A DNA stretch of 64,000 bases from Stegostoma tigrinum (Eukaryota): NCBI RefSeq assembly GCF_030684315.1, contig NC_081387.1:11882867-11946866 (forward strand), given 5' to 3'. The stretch's first letter is position 1, and each line of letters opens with the position of its first letter. The notes beneath the pieces were generated by a model. It searched no databases. It worked only from the letters and a program-made list of their open reading frames with translations, and had not been told where the DNA came from. Shown piece by piece: positions 53,193-64,000 of the stretch. The translations under genes and the position numbers were made by a program.

Positions 53193-53524
53193 TTGTCACG
53201 ACCAGTGTGGTCCCAGTTCCATGGGCTTCACTCATCCCCACAAGAGCTAATTTGCAGACATAGAACCCGGTGTCCTCCGGTTTCAGATCAATCATTATGT
53301 TGGACGCGTCTCTCCTGTCCCTGAAATCCCCTTGGCCCGCCGCCAACACGCGGCCTCGGAACTCCGCTGTGTTGTTGGAGACTTCATCCCCCCGCTTGTT
53401 CCCCCGGTACTACCTGTCGCAGCAAATGCCCCTGGGTCCCTGATGCCCAGGCGCGCTGTCTGACCCGGCGTTTGGGTGAGAGAGACCGGGCTCTGAATAG
53501 CTGCGGTATTTCCAACAGCGACTG
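53193..53524 (-). pseudogene. Dead tandem duplicate of the gene C V exon
   Basis: 332 nt = 339 minus 7. The 7-nt deletion removes the B-strand Cys codon and shifts frame. The conserved Trp codon is TAG (53410-53412). The 3' half is still EVSNNTAEFRGRV...EDTGFYVCKLALVGMSEAHGTGTTLVVT. AG and GT ends are retained. Confidence 0.92.
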
Positions 53525-54327
53525 CTTAAGTGTACGACGTAAGCAAGTTACAGAGCAAGGTGAGATGCATCTTCCACGAACATTATTTTACAAAGCAATG
53601 CTTTCAAGACTAACCCTGTCATACTGAAAGAATGGGAAGCATGCAGCGCTAATCTTCCAAATCCAAGGGATGTTGTTCAAAACAGCAAGTTAATAAGCTG
53701 CTGCGTATGAGAAGAACATGGGCTTCAATGCGGTGCTATAAACAGCATGCAACTGCTGTGGTCAGTTGGTGCATTCGAGCATAATACTTGAAATAATCTA
53801 ATTTAAAAAGTGGACTTTGGCAAGCAAATAAGGCCCAAGCCATTTACACGCAAACCTTTGTTACTAAAGTTCCCAACCTACCTTCTAATTGTATTTTAAG
53901 TAGTCCCGCTATTAATGTCTATTGTTCATCCCACGCAATAGCGCATGTTTCTATTAATTAAAACGCATCGCCTTTGTTTTCGCTGCCACAGTTTCTTATT
54001 TTAAAAATTATCTTTTGACCGGTCCTATTGCTCTTCAAGGCTTTATCATAACAAAACGACAGAACTTTACCTCTGCCACTTGTGAGTAAATGGTTGTCAT
54101 GTCCCATTATACCATCACCTCCATTCCGCCGCAGAAATATTCGCACCCTGATTATTCTAAAACTCAAATATCAATCAAAAATCCGAAGAACTGCGGGTGC
54201 TGGAAGACTGAAACAAAATCAGAAATTGCTGGATAACCTGAGCGGGTCTGATAGCATCCGTGTGGAGACGTAGAGTTAGCGTTTCGGGTGCAGTGGCACG
54301 TGTTCTGATGAAAGATCATGCTACCCA

Positions 54328-54625
54328 GGGCGGCACGGTGGCTCAGTGGTTAGCAATGCAGCCTCACAGCGCTACGGATCCAGGTTTGATTCCAGCCTCG
54401 GGTAACTAGCTGTGTGCAGTTTTGCACGTTGCCTGTGTAGGTTTCCTCCGGTTCCCTACCACAGTCCCAAGATGTGCAGGCTCGATGGATCGGCCATGCT
54501 GAATTGTCCGTAGTGTTCAGGGGTGTGTGGGTTATAGGGCGATGGGACTGGGTGGGATGCTCCAAGGGGCGGTGTGGACTTGCTGGGCCGAGGGGCCTGT
54601 TTCCACACTTCAGGGAATCTAATCT
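54328..54625 (+). mobile_element. Near full-length HE1-type SINE
   Basis: tRNA-like head gggcggcacggtggctcagtggttagca (A box), ggtttgattcc (B box), core ggatcggccatgctgaattg; short direct repeat ctaccc on both sides. Confidence 0.9.
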
Positions 54626-55289
54626 ACCCGAAGTATTACCTACTTTCTCTACACAGATGCTGCCAGACCTACTGAAGCTTTCCAGGAATTTCTGGTTTTG
54701 AGTCAAGTTTGCGATGTGTTTATTTGTTCACCAGAAGAGTTGATCGTTGCTCGATTTTGCTCTTTTCCAGCCCAACTACAATGACAAATTAGTCCCTTGC
54801 TGTCGGAAATGACTGCTTGCTTCGCATCTTAGTACAATGTGTTGACACCGTCGTGGCTCCAATCTCTAATAATCCGTTTAATTTTTCCTTCATTGATCTG
54901 TTAGATTCGTTGCACATTGTCAATTATCTTTTCAACAACCAAGACTTAAGAAGAATGCAAAAAATGCGACTTAGGCATTGTTCCTATCTGTATTGCTTCA
55001 CAGTATGCTTCGTCTGTAGGGTCATTTGACAAAAGAATAGAGTACAGGCGGTTTCAGGCTGATAGTTAGCAATTATTCGGCTGTACAACTTTGACATCGG
55101 CATATTCCTCTATGGAATGAATCATTTCAAAATCTGGAAGAATGCCGACTGGGTAAAGTACATTTTAACACTTACTTATGTATCGAAGTTCCATCATCAG
55201 CACCAAGGGTGCTTGACTTTTGCACGTGAAAGTAGATAGTAAAGCACTACAGGTGCAATATGCTACATTTCTGAATAGAGACCCGATAT

Positions 55290-55592
55290 AACCTCGGCTA
55301 TACTCTCTTCCACCCTCTTCTGTCGGGCAGACAACGTAAGTTTGGATACTCGTACGAATAGATCCAAGAACAACTTCTTCCCGGCTGTTATTAAGCATCT
55401 AAATGAGCCTCTCCAGTTTTAAATTTAATATTCATGGTGCTCTCTGTGCACCTTCTCTGCAGCTGTAACATTGTACTCCTCGCTCTGTTCGCTTATCCCA
55501 ACGCACTTGTATGTTACGATCTGCTTGTGCGGCACGTAAAATAAAAACTTGTACTGTACCTAGGTACGTGACAATAATAAATCAAATCAAAC
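55290..55592 (+). mobile_element. LINE 3' end (Rex/Babar-like) with (atcaa)n tail
   Basis: aagaacaacttcttccc.gctgtta... and gtgacaataataaatcaaatcaaa; clade assignment is from recall. Confidence 0.6.
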
Positions 55593-55804
55593 TGAAACAT
55601 GATTTCTGCGGAACAGAAGTAGAGTCACTTCAGCTTTGAAACATTGACTCTCTCTTTTCACAGGAGCTGTCAGTCCTGCTGAGTTTCTGATTTTTACTTC
55701 TGGGTTCCAAAAGCAGTAGTGTTTTTCTTTAATGCTACATTTCTGCGCTGGGTATCTACGATCTACTGTGTGAATAAATAACTTCGCTTTAAACGCTTCC
55801 TTAC

Positions 55805-55856
55805 CTGTGATCATTGTCATTATCCAGATTGTCCTAGCAACGTAGCCAGAGCTCAT
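55805..55856 (-). CDS. NCR3: NCR3-like gene C, exon 1 (leader MSSGYVARTIWIMTMIT)
   Basis: Kozak-like gacaccATG, 17 codons plus G, donor GTAAGG (phase 1), upstream of both minus-strand V exons. Confidence 0.75.
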
Positions 55857-58800
55857 GGTGTCAGCGCCGTTCTGAGCAGGAGGCAGGCTTAGCCACAGAG
55901 CTGCAAGACAAACGATAACCGAACTGCACTCATAGAGATGCATGTGGACGCAATGGAAAGCATTACGCAACATCCTGAGAACTGCAAGCATCTACTTTAA
56001 TTTCTTCCATTATTTGTGCGGCTGTTTCAGGTATAAGCTGTGATCTGGAAGGAATTTCAGTTGTTATTTGCTTCCCTTCAGCTCATCAGGGCAGTTGAGA
56101 TTTGGTAAACGGCAGAGTTGTTTCAAACTCTTTTGGAGATATATTGGGATTAGGTCTCACTTCTAGATGCCACGCAAATTACCGACCAACCCGTTCAAGA
56201 ACGCAATGCAGAATCCGCGAAAGGATGAAACAGGCAAGTGTGTCGGATACAGAAGTAAATTAAATCTTTTGAGTTTTCAGGAGCTGAGAGTTGTTCGCTA
56301 CCGCCATTTCACAATACTGGAGAAATAGCTACACGTTTTATTTCGCGACACCACTAAGCTTCAAAGTGATTCTCTTCGTCCCACTGGCAAGTTGCAGATT
56401 TTAAACAAAAGAGAAACTTGCAAAAAGTCATACAGTTTTGTATTCATGTATCTGTTCGGTTGAAAATTATAGACAGTGCAATGTTACTCGGTTCATTACA
56501 AGAACAATAAATGCCCAACAAATGTTTTCAATGTTTTTGTTTTGGGATGTAAAGGAACCGCCAACTGCTCGATCCAAGTCGGTGTACATATTATCAACAG
56601 ATCGATTACAGCTGGAAAACAGAAAGAATGACGATGGCATTTTTTTTAAACTAACGCGATGCATCAATGGACTCCATTTCTGAGGTCAGACTTTGACACG
56701 GATCGAGGCTAACAACAGGAAGCTGTTCCTTTTTAAATGGGTTAGTTAGAGTTGGGTAGTAATTGTAATACGTTTCGCTTATGTGGTGCTCGGTCAGTAC
56801 TCAAGGACGTAAAGTAATTCAAAACTCTCGAACACAATTGATTGAGTCAAACCCTTCCCGAGGATAAAATAAACCCAGTACGTAACGTCACTTTGGCTCT
56901 AAACAGCACATTTTTACAATTCAAATACAAATTGTTAGAGTACGGCAGTCGCTGTGCAGCAATTAAATCAATTGGCTTTGTTGTTTCACAGCAAATTTTG
57001 GGTGGCATTTCTCCAAGATGCCCATATTTTCAAAAGCTATTTTCATGATGTGTGAGCTGGTAATGACACCATTTATTGTTTATCCCTATTTTCCCTTGAA
57101 CTGAGTGTCTTGCTCGGCCGTTTCAGCATCTGGCTCAGAGTCGGCCACATTGCTGCGTGTCTCGAGTCACGTGTAGGTCAGGGCAGCCAGAGGATTTCGT
57201 ATCAATAATGGGTACCGTACTGAGACTAATTGCATACTCCACGTGCCTGAATTGAATTAAAATTCCACTGGCCGTGGTGATCAGATTTGACCACTTTATC
57301 CCAGCGCGTTAGCCAATTCGTCCAGTGACATTACCACCACGCCAGCATTTCACTTTATTAACAGTTGATAGTCGGGGAAATTCTGAGCAGGAGGCCCGTG
57401 ATAAATGCAATTCGGCGAAAACATTAACTGCCCGAAATTGCACATTAATGTTCGGAGCAAGTTTTGCAAAGTCCGTGACCACGTGCTACCCTAAAACAGC
57501 GTACGATTTTTTTCACATCCCACCATTTTCTCCCTATGTCTGTTCTATTTCACTGTTGCCTACAGCAAAGACCCTAGCTATGGAAGAATGTAGGCGCCAA
57601 AAAATTAGCAGGGAAATGCCTAACGCATGGAATAGAAAGGTGATAAAACTTTCCCGCTCTTAGCGGAGGTATAAACAAGTTAATAACGCTACCTTCAGAA
57701 TCTAAAGCCAATGATCCGCATTTAAGAATCGCCAGTTGAAAAGATTTAACAGTAGTTAAGGGTTTGAAATCTTGTTGCACAAGCAATAGTTATCATCAGT
57801 TTCACTTGCTCACAACGAAAAGATGTGTTGCGGAAAGGGCAACATCACGCTTGCTTAACCCCGAAGACATAGTTGCTTCATTCTATAGTCTTCGGTTTAT
57901 GCAGGGGTCATTAATCGTCACGCTCCGCATTGTTAAGTGCGAACTGGGTGGCCGAAAGCCGGAAGTTGAAGAAATGGAGAGGGTCGAGGTCAGGTTTATC
58001 ACAGTGCAGAATAAAAAGCCCCAGAAAACTGACGAGATGTTTAGCAGCTATAGCGAAATGTAGGAAGGAGAAACAGAGTTGACATGTCTTCGTTCCCCCG
58101 AGCACGAATTATGGGCTGATTCCAATCTGTGGAAATCCTGCTCTCCGAGAAACAGGATGAACTCAATCGAGGCCAATATACGTTGCTCTGTTGCTGTCGG
58201 AAGCGATCGACCGTTTGTGCAGCAGAGGATTTTTAAAAAATTCTCAATATATTTTTTGTCGTCGACCAGTTGCTCTTAACACTAAACCCTATTTGCAGAA
58301 GGAAAACTAAAAAGCAATGGAGAACTACGAGATAATGACACATATTGAAGTCATTTGGCTAACGTTAAAGGAATATCTAAATTAGATAATGGACTGGAAA
58401 ATTTGACACCTTTAATTCAGAGCAACAGTCAAGCGACTCATTTCCATCATGCCTAATCATTGGGTTATTTCGAAAGCATCGATTGTGGTTTGCACTGTGC
58501 GAACACAGATGTTGCGGTTTCAACGCGCACTTTGCTGATCTGTGTAATTTTATATTTTTGACTCGGCAAATAGTATATTTGCTATGTGAGGTTAGATCAC
58601 GTGGTCCCTTGTCCGGTTTACGGGCGATGAACGAACGTCGTTTGTGCTTAATTTTACAGTAGTTTAAAAGTATTAGTGAATGAGTTATTACAGTAAATAA
58701 CTGTTTTAATTGCGGAAGAGCTAACAGAGCGAAGAGAACCAAAACCATTTTATTCTAGAGGATATGAAAATTCCTGAGAAGGGAGAATGATGCTGCTGAA

Positions 58801-59870
58801 CTAGGGAATAGAGTTCACCAAATCGAGGGATAGACACAGTGGGGTCTGATTACTCCAAAGGTGTGAACGGGGTTCTGCCCAGTATTCCGTTCCTGATAGA
58901 GCAGAAGTATCTTTCTTGATTGATTAACTTCATGATATAGTTATTACGAACATTTCAGTAGTTCTGTGGCCGCTGGCTTCAATACGGTTACACATGCTTC
59001 TGGAATATATATGTGCGCGACCAAGCAAATATTCAGCCTATAAGCTTACTGAATAAAATCTGTGCTTTTACAACACTTGCGAAAGCAACAGCACCGGAGC
59101 TGTACTAACTTGCTGTCAAGCCACAAATTCCACTTGACAATTCTTGTCAGGGCTGATGTGAAAACTTGTGAAATCAGGGTTGGGTTAAATACGAACACTT
59201 AAGGATAAACGCTCACTTGGTGAGGCAACGGCTGTAGAACAAGGCCATTCAGTTAATTACGCCCAACTGAACTGGAAGGCATGAAAGTGGAAACTTTTTT
59301 GCAAGAGCTGGGGGAGGTGAGATTTGAGGCAAGGACAAGACTCAAAAGAAGCCTCAAAAGAAATGGCCAAACGGCCACTTATGTCTTGGAACTTGTAACA
59401 CCTTTGAAGTAATCGGATTACTGTTGACTTCCAAACTCACAACTGCTTGGCCAGCTTTGTGTTTGGGGCTTGTCAACGTAGTGGACTAGCATATGCGGTA
59501 AAGTAGATGCATCTTGGTGGATCTTATTTGAATACTATTGCTTTTGCATGCTGTTTCCAAAGTGGTCCAAAACCAGTTTATTCAAAATGCATATTTTCGT
59601 ATTTCAGTTTATACGCTGCATGGCTTGACATCTGTGTCCCTCTCTCTGGAATTGATACAAAAATCAGATAGCTGAAACTTTCTGTTTGTTCCTCTCTACT
59701 CAAAGGGACTGCCCAGATATGCTAAGTATCCTCTATTCTGGAACATCATCATTTGGGAAAATGCATTGCACTAATTGTAAAATAATTCACTGGTATCTAC
59801 TTGGATAGAATTTGACATCGCTCCCACGTTGGAATTGGGAAATGTGTTAACGAGCCTCTCTGCTGAGTAG

Positions 59871-60020
59871 TGATAATGGGAACTGCAGATGCGGGAGAAT
59901 CCAAGATATTAAAATGTGAGGCTGGATGAACACAGCAGGCCCAGCAGCATCTCAGGAGCACAGGAGTGCTCCTGAGATGCTGCTGGGCCTGCTGTGTTCA
60001 TCCAGCCTCACATTTTATTA
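59871..60020. mobile_element. Penelope-terminus fold-back insert with 14-bp TSD
   Basis: TSD tctctgctgagtag at 59857-59870 and 60021-60034; about 50-bp inverted arms around a 4-nt loop. Confidence 0.93.
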
Positions 60021-60329
60021 TCTCTGCTGAGTAGCCCGGTTGTGATTTTCAGGTTACAGCCCTTCATCCTAGACTGTCCATCATTGAACAAAGAACGACT
60101 TCTCCATATATTCTATTAATAGCCTTAAACGCAAAGCTAAGAATCACTATTACATCACACCTTAACTGCAGCTATTGCAGGGAACGCTATATTAATGAGT
60201 TCCCTTAAAATTTAACACGCTTTTCCCAAACTTAATTCATATTTTCCCCGGTGTAGGGGAAATATTATTTCACACAATGTGGAGCTGGAGGAACACAGCA
60301 GGCCAGGCAGCATCAGAGGAGCAGGAAAG

Positions 60330-60361
60330 TTGACGTTTCGGGTCGGGACCCTTCTTCAGAA
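60330..60361 (-). ncRNA. Minimal hammerhead-ribozyme motif in a PLE terminus
   Basis: TT-CTGAAGA-A-GGGTCCCGACCC-GAAA-C-GTC-AA. Confidence 0.7.
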
Positions 60362-61299
60362 ATAGGCCGTATTTCAGTATTTCAGATGTTTTCCGAACAC
60401 GACCTACATCAGTACCCTTTATTTCGTGAGGGGACTCATTACCCTTGATTTCTTTATTCAAACAGATCTGAAAATATCACCTAACCAGCTCAACGATTTA
60501 GCTAAACAATGGGTTTTATGTCACATATTAATTACTCTCTTGAACGCCATGTAAGCTGCATCGATAGACATTCTCTGGTCCCCTAATTCATTTACTTCCT
60601 CAAAAAAGGATCAACTATTTTGCGAGATATGACTCAATCTTTACGAATCCACGTCGATGTGTTATAGAAACCAAAATGATCTGAGTGCTGTCATCCTGTC
60701 CATCAACACATATTGCAATAATTCGACGTTTCTCCATAACTACGCCAGGTAATTTTCTACTGGAATGATAAAAAAAATCTGACAGCAATTCCACCAGTCG
60801 ACCCTTACTACTGTGAGGGGCACCTATTTCCTAAACGTTATCAGTGGTCTCTCGCCATACTGTGTTTCGTAGAATGAATTTCTATGGGATATTATGAATA
60901 ACGGCTCAAATGAATAACACAGTGTAGTCCTCTTCGACATACCTAGAATTGCTGTGCTAAAAGTGTAGGGACCTGTGTAATGCATGCATTTGTAATAACC
61001 TCGATAGGGGTTGAAACCCCTGGCTGTAACTTACACTCCCAGGCAAACGTTACTCACCGGCAGGATATGCTAAAATGTTTCGTTTTAAACCAGCCTCACG
61101 TACCATGAGAAGATATCCTCTTATGTACTCGTTGGCTCATGACAAACGTTGTGCTTTTGGCCCTCACTACCTAATGTTGTGCAATCGCTCCAGCTCATTT
61201 TCCCGTAACTGATTTACATCGACGAGAACTCACCAGGGTGGGGGGAAGCCCTTTATTCCAGAGAAAATCGGCATTGAGAAACATCCTCTTCATGAATGT

Positions 61300-62640
61300 G
61301 ATCTGCAGTCATAGAGTCGTAAAGCACGGAAATAGGCACATGGTACAAACATTCCACGCTGAACATAATCCCAAACGAAGCCCTTTTAAGCTAAATCCGC
61401 AAAAGGTAAGAGCAGACCGAGGTCATTTGGCCCTTCTCTCCCATTCAGTTACATTACATGATAATTCTGAACTCCACCTTCCTGCCATTACCCCATACCC
61501 TTGATTCCAGTACTGATGAAAATAGGTCAATCTCATCTTTGAATATATTTAGCTAAAATTCCCAGTCGTAAAGAATTCCATATTCACCACTATCCCGGAA
61601 AAGAAATTCTTCCCATCATTGTCTGAAATTGCGTTCTTTATTCTGGATTATGCCTATTTGATCCTCGGCATTCCCACAAAGGAAAATGTTCTCTCAATAT
61701 GTATTCTGTCAAGTGCATTAAAGATCTTATATGCTTCAATAAGCTCGTCTCTTACTCTTCAAAACACCAATGTGTATCTATCCAACCTCTCCTCATTGTA
61801 AAATAAATCCACGTCTGATATCAAACTTGTGAACCATCTTTGGACTGCCTTCAAAGCCAATGCATCCTTCTTTCGAAGGAAACCAAACTGTAGACAGTAA
61901 TCTAAGTAAAGTCTATTTGGCCACGTGTTGTTTTAGCAAAATTTTCCGAATTTTATATACAATTCCCCTTGATATTAAGGCCAACATTATATTTTTCTTT
62001 CGTGTTATGAGCTGAACTTATACTCTGGTATTTAAATGATTTATACGTGAAGACAATGAAATCCTCTGTGCTGCAGTTTTCGACGTTCCTCTCCATTAAA
62101 ATAATATTCAGCTCTCTATTTCTGCCAAAATGCGCAACGTTTTATCTTTCCATACTATGTCCATCTGCTAAAATTTTCACACTTAACCTGTCGATATTCT
62201 GCTGTAGATTACTTCTCTCATCTTCAGTTATTGCTGTTCCATCTGTTTTTGTGTCATCTTCAAACTTGATGATAGTACATTCACTTCAACTCATTCAGCT
62301 CACTAATATGTATCAATGGTCCCTTTATTTAGGGTGCCTCCACTTGGTACAAGTTGCCAAGTTGAAAATGACCCCCTTGCCCAAATTGTATGTTTTGTTT
62401 TATTCATTAGCTAACCCTCTAGTCATGCAAATATACCACCAAAATATGACAAGGATTTATCTGAATAAGTACTCTTATGTGTCATATCTTGACAAGAGCC
62501 TTTATTACATATTACCTCTACTGTTTATCAATAATTTACCCTGCGTCTTACGTCCTTAAGAGATTCTAGTAGATTTATCAGGTATGATTTCGTCTTTATT
62601 AACTCATGCTGACTCTACTTGATTATATGTTATATTTCTG
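61300..62640 (-). mobile_element. Highly degenerate CR1 LINE
   Basis: Same architecture as the other minus-strand CR1 copies (tttgtgtcatcttcaaac is the reverse complement of the FxDDTK region). Confidence 0.7.
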
Positions 62641-63094
62641 TATGCTCTGCAATTACATCATTTCTAAGAGATTCAGTTATATTATTCAAAATAACAGATG
62701 TTAAAGTCTATCAGTATAGGTTTCTTTGTCTCCCTTGCTTTTTGACTATATCTAATGCTCCATAATGAAATTAAATGGACTATTGAGGAGAAATCACTTC
62801 CGTTCAGAGAGGCTTTTTGGGTTTGGTAAAAAGAACCAGGCCCTGTATATGTTCTTTCACCACCCACCCACCCCTCCCCGAATCACCTGTTTAATGGCTC
62901 TACGAGCTTTGTAGAACTGACCTGAAGCTGACCTCATGCTGCACTGACATTCTTGCAACAAAGTCAGAAGAGTTCTTATGAATACATCTCACATTTTTAC
63001 TGGCTTGACAGAGTAAATATGAACGTTACAGCTTTCCAGTCCTCTGGCATTTTTACACCATCAATTTAGCACACGCCTTCATTGCTCAGACTTT

Positions 63095-63675
63095 TCAGTG
63101 TAGGAGCTGGGAGTTTGATGAGTTTGTACAGGACATTGGTGAGGCCTCTTCTGGAATACTGTGTTCGGTTCCGATTGCCCAGTTCTATGAAGGATATTAG
63201 AAAGTTGGAAAGGGTTCAGAAAAGATTTACAAGGGTGTTGCCAGGTATGAAAGGTTTGAGTTATAAAGAATGGCTGGATAGGCTGAGGCTTTTTTTGATG
63301 GAGTAGAGGAGATTGAGAAGTGACTTTATAGAAGTTTATAAAATCATGAGAGGTATGGAGAGGATTAATGGTAGTTTTCTTTTCCCTCGGATGTAAATTT
63401 CAAGATGGGGGAACATCTTAAGGTAAGAGGAGGTATAGATGACATGAGGGACTTTTTTTATGCAGAGGGTGATTTGCATGCAGAGTGAGCATCCTGAGGA
63501 AGTGCTGGGTATGGACAGAATTACAATGTTTAAAAGACATTTGGATGAGTTCATGAATAAGAAAGGCTTGGAGGGATATGGGCCAAGAGCAAGACAAGTT
63601 TAGTTTGCTATTTTGTTTGGCATGGATAGCTTGGTCTGAAGAGTCTATTTCTGCACTGTAGGGCTCTATGACTAA
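63095..63675 (+). mobile_element. CR1 LINE 3' fragment
   Basis: LYRTLVRPLLEYCVRF...KLERVQKRFTRVLPGMKGLSY. Confidence 0.9.
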
Positions 63676-64000
63676 GGGTTCTTGGAATGACAACTATCAG
63701 CTCATACATTATCTCGTGCAGCTACTTAAATATTCAAGGGTGTGAGCCACCAAATTACGTGTTCTTTCACATTTAGCCCTACCTGTTTCCCAGTTACTTT
63801 TGTGTCGTGTGAGTACAGTGTTAATATCTCACTTTCTCCCTATTTTCCCCTTGATTGTTTGGTCATTTTGAAATGCCACACCATGAATACCGATACAAAG
63901 TATTTATTCAACTCATCTGCCATTTCCTGATCACACTTTATTATTTTCCCAGTCTCGTTCTTTCAGGAACCTGTTTGATTTGGCCCGTAGGTTCCTTTTT

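Larger units (their letters stand above)
50880..55140 (-). repeat. Tandem duplication of a ~2.3 kb unit containing the V exon and its upstream intron
   Basis: Intronic flanks align: gctaatcttccaaatccaagg (~51376 / ~53648), ttgttcacc...gttgctcga (~52457 / ~54724), gaatgaatcatttcaaaatctgg (~52866 / ~55115). Confidence 0.9.

Noticed and set aside
21774-53524. Rearranging Ig/TCR V segments
   Set aside because: Each V exon already contains the J-like GxG strand followed by a splice donor. I saw no heptamer-spacer-nonamer RSS at the V ends; the CACAGTG hits I checked (~40242, ~52573, ~58000) lack a nonamer.
54328-54400. tRNA gene
   Set aside because: It is the tRNA-derived head of an HE1 SINE and continues directly into the SINE core.
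58377-58748. ORF starting MVLVLFALLALPQ as another leader exon
   Set aside because: No phase-1 donor follows the hydrophobic stretch and the remainder is not protein-like.
58786-58852. C/D box snoRNA-like ATGATG...CTGA
   Set aside because: Box C is imperfect (ATGATGC), the terminal stem is minimal, and no guide or host gene is recognisable.

Overview
Eukaryotic, intron-rich, repeat-dense vertebrate DNA. The repeat set (CR1 LINEs, HE1/V-type SINEs, Deu-type SINEs, Penelope-like elements) points to a cartilaginous fish (shark); this is an inference. The main content is a birth-and-death cluster of NKp30/NCR3-like receptor genes, each with a leader exon, one germline-joined VJ-type Ig exon and a charged transmembrane (TM) exon. 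Gene A (+, 21041-26175) appears intact at 186 aa. Gene B (+, ~34862-40281) has a wrecked V exon but an open TM exon with a mid-membrane Lys. Gene C (-, 55856 to at least 49182) has one leader in front of two tandem V exons; the proximal one is dead and the distal one is intact and strongly NKp30-like. Also present: a U1 snRNA variant that keeps promoter-like and 3'-box-like elements but lacks stem-loop 4; a segmental duplication (about 5-7850 vs 27040-32960); and many TSD-flanked Penelope-terminus fold-back inserts carrying minimal hammerhead-ribozyme motifs, whose complete cores inside introns are all antisense to the host gene. Most ORF-track entries are repeat-derived or spurious. All alignments were done by eye, and repeat boundaries are approximate.
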